Origin: an uncultured Bacteroidales bacterium
Lineage (GTDB): Bacteria > Bacteroidota > Bacteroidia > Bacteroidales > Bacteroidaceae
DNA: 64,000 bases
Assembly (NCBI GenBank): GCA_902775375.1
Contig: CACYLU010000004.1
Span: 16,265 to 80,264, forward strand
Direction of reading: 5' to 3'
A program made the position numbers and the translations under genes. Numbering within the stretch: position 1 is the first letter of the stretch; the number at the start of each line of letters is the position of its first letter. Below, piece after piece: positions 56,822-64,000 of the stretch. Below the pieces are notes generated by a model. The model was not told the DNA's origin. It saw nothing but the letters and a program-made list of their open reading frames with translations, and did no database searches.

Positions 56822-58876
56822 ATGAAAGAAAAAGTTTTACAGTCAAGAAAGATTGTGCGTTTCCGCCAATTCCAGAATGACTCGTATTCGGCTTTCCGCA
56901 GTCTGAAAGTAGAAGTGACCATCGGTGTGTTGTCTGTGGCAATGCTTACATTCGCAACACCTGACTCGGCAACAGCACAGGTTGTTACTTCTCCCCAGAG
57001 CCAGGAAAAACTTTACGAGTTAGAGGAAGTGGAAGTGACAAGCAGTCGTGCGCCACTGACGTTAGGTCAGTCAGCGCGAATGGTAACTGTGCTGGATCGT
57101 GAGGCAATAGCTGCCGCCCCTGCGCAAAGTGTTAACGACTTACTAAAAATCGCTGCAGGCGTGGATGTCCGCCAGCGAGGCCCTATTGGAGCTCAGACCG
57201 ACATCAGTGTTCGTGGAGGTACCAACGAACAAATTACCATCCTTCTCAACGGCATAAACATTAACGACCCTCAGACTGGTCACAATGCAGCCGATTTCCC
57301 AGTTGATATTTCTGAAATTGAACGTATCGAGGTTCTCGAAGGACCTGCAGGGCGCGTGTATGGCACCTCTTCTTTGGTTGGTGCCATCAATATAGTAACC
57401 CGAAAAGCAGATAAAACCAGTGCTGATGTGCATTTAGAGGCTGGATCTTTTGGATATGTCTCTGGTGGTGGAAGGGTTAATCTCCTACGTGGCAAATTGA
57501 ACAACCAGCTATCAGCTTCTTATACGCGAAGTGATGGCTATAGCCGAACTCAGTCTGGATCCCTCAATAGCGATTTCAAGACGCTGAAAATGTTTTATCA
57601 AGGACAGTATGACACAGATGATTTGTCTCTGTCATGGCATGCAGGACTTAGCAATAAGAATTTTGGTTCAAATACTTTCTACAGTGCCAAGTTCGATGAC
57701 CAGTTTGAACATACTTTCAAACTTTTTACAGCTATTCAGGCAGAAACGAAAGGTTTGTTCCACTTTAAACCCACCATTTATTGGAACCGCAGCCACGACA
57801 GGTTTGAACTCTTCCGTGGTAGTGAAGATAAAGTACCTTTTAACTATCATCGGACTGATGTATTTGGTATTAACCTGAATAGTTATATCGATTGGTCGTT
57901 GGGTAAGACTGCTTTCGGTGCTGAGTTTCGCAACGAAGACCTTGTAAGTGGTAACTTAGGAGAACCTCTTAACCGACCTTTGTCTATTCATGGCACTGAT
58001 AGGCAATATACGTTGGGCTTGAACCGAAGCAATTTGAGTTTCCATTTGGAACATAATATATTGTTGAGAAATTTCACTCTAAGTGCTGGGGTTATTGCCG
58101 TGAAGAACACTTGGAATGAGATGCCTTTCAGACTTTATCCAGGGGTGGATGCTAGCTGGAAGTTTGCGCGACACTTTAAAGCTTATGTTTCGTTTAATAC
58201 ATCTTTGCGTATGCCGTCATTTACAGAGCTCTACTACTCTGTAGGTGGGCACAAAGCGGATAAATACCTGAAGCCAGAAGAAATGCAAGCTTATGAGGTA
58301 GGACTTAAGTACTTGTCTGGTGGTATACGAGGAAGTGTAAGTGTCTATCATCATCATGGCAAGAATATGATTGATTGGATACGTGATACGCGCATGGGTG
58401 ATGAGGCTGTGTGGGAGTCTGTAAACCATACCAAAGTAAACTCCATTGGGGTGGAGGCAAGTCTCTATTTCGACTTCCTTACTATGTTACCCGAACAACG
58501 TTTCTTGCGCAATATAAACTTAGCATATAGTTATATTGACCAGGATAAAGATTTGGAGAGTTATATGCAGTCGCAGTATGCATTGGAGTACCTCAAGCAT
58601 AAGTTCACGGCGCAAGCTGATTTCAACCTATACTCCCATCTGTTTTTGAATCTATCTTATCGTCTTCAGGAGCGTAAAGGTAACTACCAATTGCTCAGTG
58701 GTGAGGTGAAGCCATACGGGGCTTATTCTTTACTTGATGCACGTCTCTCATGGAATGCAGATAAGTATAAGCTATACGTTGAGGCAAACAACCTTTTTGA
58801 TAAGACGTATTATGATTATGGCAATGTGCCACAACCCGGGAGATGGATAATGGCAGGAGCAAGCTATTCATTCTAA
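56822..58876 (+). CDS. TonB-dependent receptor (BtuB-like, not SusC)
   Basis: TonB box-like LEEVEVTSSR, plug SIRGG-like SVRGGTNEQ..ILLNG, IERIEVLEGP...YG...GAINIVT, C-terminal NLFDKTY...PQPGRW...G.SYSF. Confidence 0.92.
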   Translation: MKEKVLQSRKIVRFRQFQNDSYSAFRSLKVEVTIGVLSVAMLTFATPDSATAQVVTSPQSQEKLYELEEVEVTSSRAPLTLGQSARMVTVLDREAIAAAPAQSVNDLLKIAAGVDVRQRGPIGAQTDISVRGGTNEQITILLNGININDPQTGHNAADFPVDISEIERIEVLEGPAGRVYGTSSLVGAINIVTRKADKTSADVHLEAGSFGYVSGGGRVNLLRGKLNNQLSASYTRSDGYSRTQSGSLNSDFKTLKMFYQGQYDTDDLSLSWHAGLSNKNFGSNTFYSAKFDDQFEHTFKLFTAIQAETKGLFHFKPTIYWNRSHDRFELFRGSEDKVPFNYHRTDVFGINLNSYIDWSLGKTAFGAEFRNEDLVSGNLGEPLNRPLSIHGTDRQYTLGLNRSNLSFHLEHNILLRNFTLSAGVIAVKNTWNEMPFRLYPGVDASWKFARHFKAYVSFNTSLRMPSFTELYYSVGGHKADKYLKPEEMQAYEVGLKYLSGGIRGSVSVYHHHGKNMIDWIRDTRMGDEAVWESVNHTKVNSIGVEASLYFDFLTMLPEQRFLRNINLAYSYIDQDKDLESYMQSQYALEYLKHKFTAQADFNLYSHLFLNLSYRLQERKGNYQLLSGEVKPYGAYSLLDARLSWNADKYKLYVEANNLFDKTYYDYGNVPQPGRWIMAGASYSF

Positions 58877-58977
58877 GCTTGTCGTATATTTAGACTTTTT
58901 TGCATAAAAATCTACTTGCATTTCATTAATTTAAGGATTATCCTTATATTTGTAAGATGAATTGTAGAAGATATTGC

Positions 58978-60639
58978 ATGAAGAAACTATATTTGACAGG
59001 CTTGTTAGTATTGCTTAGCCTTGTGGCAATGGCACAAGGGGGAACAGATGTTTATCTGTCCCCCTTCGATTTCCCAATGGTCTTCTCTGGTAACTATGGT
59101 GAAATCCGTGCTAACCATTTTCATGGAGGACTTGATATAAAGACACAAGGTACAACTGGTAAGCCTATCAGGGCACAGGCAAACGGTTATATTTCCCGTA
59201 TCCGTGTTAACACAGGATCTGGCTATGTATTGAATGTAACCTATGACAATGGCTATTATTTGATATATCGTCATCTAAGTAAGTTTACTCCTGCAATAGA
59301 TGAACGAGTGAAGCAAATTCAATATGAACAGGAGCAGTGGGAGGTAGATATTATTCCTGAAACTAGCGAGTATCTTGTAAAGGCAGGAGATATTATTGCT
59401 TATAGTGGCAATACAGGTTATTCTTTCGGCCCTCATCTTCATTTGGATGCAGTTGAGGTGAAAACTGATGAGTTTGTTGATCCTCTTCCTTTTTTCCGTC
59501 AAGTAGTGAAAGACCATATAGCACCAGAGGTTGAGGGCTTCATGGTGTCCCCTGTGCGAGGCAAGGGAGTTGTTGACGGGCAGACTAAGATCAAAACATA
59601 TGCTATTAATGCTAAAACTCCACTGAAACCTATCACAGCTTGGGGAATTATTGGTGTTGGCCTCAAAGCCTATGATCACATGGAAACAGTCAGCAACCGT
59701 TATGGTGTCAAGTTTTTGGTTTTGGAGGTTGATGGAGAGGAAGTCTTCCGTAGTGAGGTGTCACGATTTGCAGAGAGTGAGCATCGTTATATAAATTCAT
59801 GGACTGCAGGTCAATACATGAAATCTTTTATTGAGCCGGGCAACAAATTACGTATGCTAAAGGCAAGTAATGGAAATCGAGGTTTACTAACCATCGATGA
59901 AGAAAGGCCATATCATTTAGTTTATACTTTGTCTGACGGACTTGGTAATACATCAAAGGCAGAGTTCACTATTATAGGAAAGCAACAGGATATTTCAGAG
60001 GCGAATGATGAAAACCAAATTATATTCCATTGGGATGAAGTAAATATACTTCAGCAACCAGGCATTGATATGGTGGTGCCACGAGGAAGATTGTATGACG
60101 ATCTTTATTTAGATTATAAAGTTTCCAAAAACAGCCAAGACGTAGCGTTTACCTATCAACTGAGTGAGCAAACTATAGCATTGCATGATTATGCCGATAT
60201 TAGTTTAGGTCTTACACAGGTGCCTGTTGAAGATATGGGTAAGTATTATGTGGCAGGTATTGACAGTAAAGGGAAGCGATATAGCTTAGGTGGAAAGTAT
60301 GAAGACGGGTATATGAAGGCAAAGGTACGGGAGATAGGAACTTTTACCATCGGTGTTGATACTATCCCGCCAGTAGTGAAACCCTTGAATCCTCAACAGT
60401 GGGGCAGAAATGGTGTTGTAACCCTTCAGGTCAAAGATGAACATACAGATATCAGCAGTTATCGTGGTACGATAGATGGACAATATGCTTTATTCGGTAA
60501 ATATAATTCTGTGAACAACCATATAGTTTGTTATCTTGATCCAGATCATGTGCAGAAAGGTAGGAAACATGAACTGGTATTCACAGCAACAGATGATTGT
60601 GGCAATGAGGTAACTGAAATATATAATTTTACATGGTAA
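58978..60639 (+). CDS. M23 family metallopeptidase, exported
   Basis: HFHGGLD (HXXXD) and GPHLH (HXH). Signal peptide. Start placed at M8 after the -7 box TATATTTG (58945-58952). Confidence 0.9.
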   Translation: MKKLYLTGLLVLLSLVAMAQGGTDVYLSPFDFPMVFSGNYGEIRANHFHGGLDIKTQGTTGKPIRAQANGYISRIRVNTGSGYVLNVTYDNGYYLIYRHLSKFTPAIDERVKQIQYEQEQWEVDIIPETSEYLVKAGDIIAYSGNTGYSFGPHLHLDAVEVKTDEFVDPLPFFRQVVKDHIAPEVEGFMVSPVRGKGVVDGQTKIKTYAINAKTPLKPITAWGIIGVGLKAYDHMETVSNRYGVKFLVLEVDGEEVFRSEVSRFAESEHRYINSWTAGQYMKSFIEPGNKLRMLKASNGNRGLLTIDEERPYHLVYTLSDGLGNTSKAEFTIIGKQQDISEANDENQIIFHWDEVNILQQPGIDMVVPRGRLYDDLYLDYKVSKNSQDVAFTYQLSEQTIALHDYADISLGLTQVPVEDMGKYYVAGIDSKGKRYSLGGKYEDGYMKAKVREIGTFTIGVDTIPPVVKPLNPQQWGRNGVVTLQVKDEHTDISSYRGTIDGQYALFGKYNSVNNHIVCYLDPDHVQKGRKHELVFTATDDCGNEVTEIYNFTW

Positions 60640-60678
60640 GTTGCTATAATAAGGATAATACATTGAAGATTATAAAAT

Positions 60679-62322
60679 ATGAAGAAATTATTACTTTCCC
60701 TATTTGCTATTGTGGTAGCAAATGTTAACGCTTTTGCGTGCACCAATTTGATTGTGGGCAAGAATGCTTCTGCCGATGGATCTGTTATGATTTCATATTC
60801 AGCAGACTCATATGGTATGTTTGGATATTTATATCATTCTCCTGCTGGAACACATGAGAAAGGAGAGATGATTGATATCTATGATTGGGATGATGGTACA
60901 TATCATGGACAGATTGCCCAAGTAGCGCAAACTTACAATGTAGTTGGTAATATTAATGAATTTCAAGTATCTATAGGTGAAACAACTTTTGGAGGCCGTG
61001 AAGAGCTGGTAGATAAAAATGGTATCATTGATTATGGTTCACTTATTTATATAGCATTACAACGCTCACGTACAGCTCGTGAGGCAATACGTGTCATGAC
61101 TGACTTGGTACAGCAATATGGTTATGCTAGCAGTGGTGAATCGTTCTCTATTGCCGATCCTAACGAGGCATGGATTATGGAGATGATCGGAAAGGGTACA
61201 GGAAATCGTGGAGCTGTATGGGTAGCTGTGAGGATACCAGATGATTGCATTGCTGCTCATGCAAATCAGAGCCGCATCCATAAGTTTAATATGGATGACA
61301 AGGAGAATGTGATGTACGCATCTGATGTTATCTCGTTTGCACGCGAGAAAGGCTATTTTAGTGGTGTGAATAAGGATTTTGATTTCGCAGCAACTTATAA
61401 TCCTTTAGATTTTGGAGGTTTACGCTATTGTGAAGCACGTGTGTGGAGCTTTTATAACCGTTATACAGATCGTGGTGAAGAGTTCCTGCCATATATTTTA
61501 GGTACATCCTCCGACCCTATGCCATTGTATGTTAAACCCAACAAGAAACTTACCTTGCAGGATGTGCAGAATATGATGCGCGACCACTATGAAGGTACAG
61601 CTTTGGATATCACACATGATGTTGGTGCTGGTGCATATCATACACCTTATCGTCTGTCTCCTCTGTCATTTGAGGTGGATGGGAAGCAATACTTTAACGA
61701 GCGTCCTATTTCTACACAACAATCAGCATGGGTTTTTGTATCTCAGTTGCGTTCCAATATGGTTGACCCTATAGGTGGTGTGTTCTGGTTTGGTTGCGAC
61801 GATGCCAATATGACTGTCTTTACTCCTGTTTATTGCTGCACGGACGTAGTGCCTGCATGTTATAAAGATGGCATTGATGGTGCTAACGATGTTACTTTTT
61901 CATTTAACTCAGCCTTTTGGGTGATGAACTGGGTCGCTAATATGGTGTATCCTCGATATGACCTTATGATAGAGGACGTGAAAGCAATACAAAGTGACTT
62001 GGAGACCACATTCTTCCAGGCACAGGATGCCATTGAGGCTACGGCATTGGCTCTTTATCAGCAGGATCCCCATAAAGCGAAGGCTTATCTTACCAATTAT
62101 AGCAATATGATGGCTATGAATACAATCGATGTGTGGAAGAAGTTGGGAGAGTACCTTGTAGTTAAATATAATGATGGTGTAGTTAAGCAAATGCCTACTA
62201 CTAATTATATAGGAAAGAATACTAAGCAGATTGACCGCAAATTAGTGCGACCAGGATTTCCTGATGACTTGAAGAAAGAAATTGCACGTCAGACAGGAGA
62301 TCGTTATGTTATGCCAAAATAA
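60679..62322 (+). CDS. C69 family dipeptidase (Ntn hydrolase)
   Basis: Signal peptide ending AFA-CTNLIVGK with N-terminal Cys nucleophile. INEFQVSIGETT, GESFSIADPNEAWIME. Confidence 0.93.
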   Translation: MKKLLLSLFAIVVANVNAFACTNLIVGKNASADGSVMISYSADSYGMFGYLYHSPAGTHEKGEMIDIYDWDDGTYHGQIAQVAQTYNVVGNINEFQVSIGETTFGGREELVDKNGIIDYGSLIYIALQRSRTAREAIRVMTDLVQQYGYASSGESFSIADPNEAWIMEMIGKGTGNRGAVWVAVRIPDDCIAAHANQSRIHKFNMDDKENVMYASDVISFAREKGYFSGVNKDFDFAATYNPLDFGGLRYCEARVWSFYNRYTDRGEEFLPYILGTSSDPMPLYVKPNKKLTLQDVQNMMRDHYEGTALDITHDVGAGAYHTPYRLSPLSFEVDGKQYFNERPISTQQSAWVFVSQLRSNMVDPIGGVFWFGCDDANMTVFTPVYCCTDVVPACYKDGIDGANDVTFSFNSAFWVMNWVANMVYPRYDLMIEDVKAIQSDLETTFFQAQDAIEATALALYQQDPHKAKAYLTNYSNMMAMNTIDVWKKLGEYLVVKYNDGVVKQMPTTNYIGKNTKQIDRKLVRPGFPDDLKKEIARQTGDRYVMPK

Positions 62323-62343
62323 TTATTAAAATATAAATGTATC

Positions 62344-64000
62344 ATGGAAAACCAGAAATTAATCAAGCAGGTTACTGAGAGGGCCCAGCAGTGGCTTACC
62401 CCGGCGTATGATGCCGAAACTCAGGCTGAAGTGAAACGAATGCTGGATAACCCTGACAAAACAGAGTTGATAGAGTGTTTCTATCGTGATTTAGAATTTG
62501 GTACGGGTGGTCTACGTGGCATTATGGGCGCTGGTACTAACCGTATGAATATCTATGTTGTGGGAGCAGCTACTCAGGGGTTTGCCAACTACCTGAAGAA
62601 AAACTTCAAGAATAGAGAGCAAATTTCTGTAGCCATTGGCTATGACTGCCGTAACAATAGCGACCTATTTGCGAAGAAGTCTGCAGATATCTTCTCTGCC
62701 AACGGCATCAAGGTATATCTCTTCGACGATATGCGTCCTACACCAGAGATGAGCTTTGCCATCCGTTACTTGGGATGTCAGGCTGGTATTAATATCACTG
62801 CTTCCCACAACCCTCGTGAATATAATGGCTATAAGGCTTATTGGGAAGATGGTGCCCAGGTGCTGGCTCCTCACGATAAGGGAATCATTGACGAAGTAGG
62901 CAAGGTTAAGGTGGAGGATATCAAGTTTGAAGGCAATCCTGAATTGATAGAGATTATAGGTGCTGAAATAGATAAAATCTATTGGGATCAGGTGCATACT
63001 ATCTGCATTGACCCTGATGTCATTAAGCGTCAGAAAGACTTAAGCATCGTTTATACTCCATTGCATGGTACAGGTATGAACGGCATTCCTCAGTCTCTTA
63101 AGTTGTGGGGATTCGAGAATGTTCATTGCGTACCAGAACAGATGGTTAAGAGTGGAGATTTCCCAACAGTAGTTAGTCCAAACCCTGAGAATGCTGAGGC
63201 TTTGACTTTGGCTATCAAGTTGGCCAAGGAAATTGATGCCGATATAGTGATGGCAAGCGACCCTGATGCAGATCGTGTAGGTATGGCTTGCAAAAACGAC
63301 AAGGGCGAATGGGTGCTTATTAATGGTAATCAAACATGCCTGCTCTTCCTCTATTACATCATTACTAATCGTAAGAAGTTAGGTAAGATGGTAGGCAACG
63401 AGTTCGTGGTGAAGACCATCGTAACCACCGAGGTAATCCGTCAGATAGCTGAGAAGAATAATATTGAGATGCGTGACTGCTATACAGGCTTTAAGTGGAT
63501 TGCCCGTGAGATTCGCCTATCAGAGGGAGTAAAGCAGTATATCGGTGGTGGTGAGGAAAGCTATGGCTTCTTGGCAGAAGATTTTGTGCGTGACAAGGAT
63601 GCTGTTTCTGCATGCTCATTGTTGGCTGAAATCTGCGCATGGGCAAAAGACCAGGGTAAGACACTATATGAAGTGCTAATGGATATCTACCTTGAATATG
63701 GATTCTCCAAGGAATATACCGTTAATGTAGTAAAACCAGGCAAGAGCGGTGCTGAAGAAATTCAGCAGATGATGGTCAACCTACGTGAAAATAGTCCGAA
63801 GGAATTGGCAGGCTCTAAGGTAACAATTGTAAAAGACTATAAGACTTTGAAGCAGACCGATGCAGATGGTAATGTGACCGATATGGACATGCCTGACACA
63901 TCCAATGTACTGCAGTTCTATACAGAGGATAATACTAAAGTAAGCGTTCGTCCTTCAGGAACAGAACCTAAGATTAAATTCTACATAGAGGTAAAGGGCA
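62344..64000 (+). CDS. pgm: Phosphoglucomutase/phosphomannomutase family; partial (runs off the right edge)
   Basis: Not in the ORF track. Manual translation MENQKLIKQV...LEFGTGGLRGIMGAGTNRMN...NITASHNP...ASDPDADRVG...GGEESYG...VRPSGTEPKIKFYIEVK. Confidence 0.93.
   Translation, partial: MENQKLIKQVTERAQQWLTPAYDAETQAEVKRMLDNPDKTELIECFYRDLEFGTGGLRGIMGAGTNRMNIYVVGAATQGFANYLKKNFKNREQISVAIGYDCRNNSDLFAKKSADIFSANGIKVYLFDDMRPTPEMSFAIRYLGCQAGINITASHNPREYNGYKAYWEDGAQVLAPHDKGIIDEVGKVKVEDIKFEGNPELIEIIGAEIDKIYWDQVHTICIDPDVIKRQKDLSIVYTPLHGTGMNGIPQSLKLWGFENVHCVPEQMVKSGDFPTVVSPNPENAEALTLAIKLAKEIDADIVMASDPDADRVGMACKNDKGEWVLINGNQTCLLFLYYIITNRKKLGKMVGNEFVVKTIVTTEVIRQIAEKNNIEMRDCYTGFKWIAREIRLSEGVKQYIGGGEESYGFLAEDFVRDKDAVSACSLLAEICAWAKDQGKTLYEVLMDIYLEYGFSKEYTVNVVKPGKSGAEEIQQMMVNLRENSPKELAGSKVTIVKDYKTLKQTDADGNVTDMDMPDTSNVLQFYTEDNTKVSVRPSGTEPKIKFYIEVKG

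Overview
A 64-kb chromosomal segment from a Bacteroidota/Bacteroidales bacterium, probably Prevotellaceae-like and from gut or rumen. This is inferred from TAnnTTTG -7 promoter boxes, a Bacteroides-type serine palmitoyltransferase, PPi-dependent PFK, GH92/GH97/GH29/CE1 enzymes and a TonB-dependent receptor. It holds about 47 protein genes, two of them cut by the window edges, and 3 tRNAs (Gly-TCC, Tyr-GTA, Pro-TGG). Most are housekeeping or envelope genes: recF-DciA, ribH, lepA, map, pfp, serC/serA, gcvP, rsmG, lipB, yihA, spt, pgm and several peptidases. No transposase, integrase, phage gene or CRISPR array is visible. The most interesting signals are: (1) structured non-coding modules in four long intergenic regions (about 7.3-8.1, 29.1-29.9, 41.5-41.7 and 54.5-55.2 kb), including TTACT-N5-TAA triplets in exact 22-bp register at three loci, inverted arrays of 7-9-mers, and a 48-bp near-perfect AT-rich palindrome just downstream of tRNA-Pro; (2) an operon of a membrane polyferredoxin (NapH/MauN plus NapG/MauM-like fusion) and two tandem twin-arginine, probably lipid-anchored, aldo-keto reductases carrying 2x[4Fe-4S]; (3) an adenylation-ACP-PlsC trifunctional protein translationally coupled to a PAQR/HlyIII membrane protein; (4) a candidate sRNA of about 100 nt with its own promoter and terminator between spt and tRNA-Pro; (5) heptamer micro-arrays (TTDTCAA-like) at gene junctions, two of which are translated. 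All family assignments come from motif recognition by eye. No database search was run.
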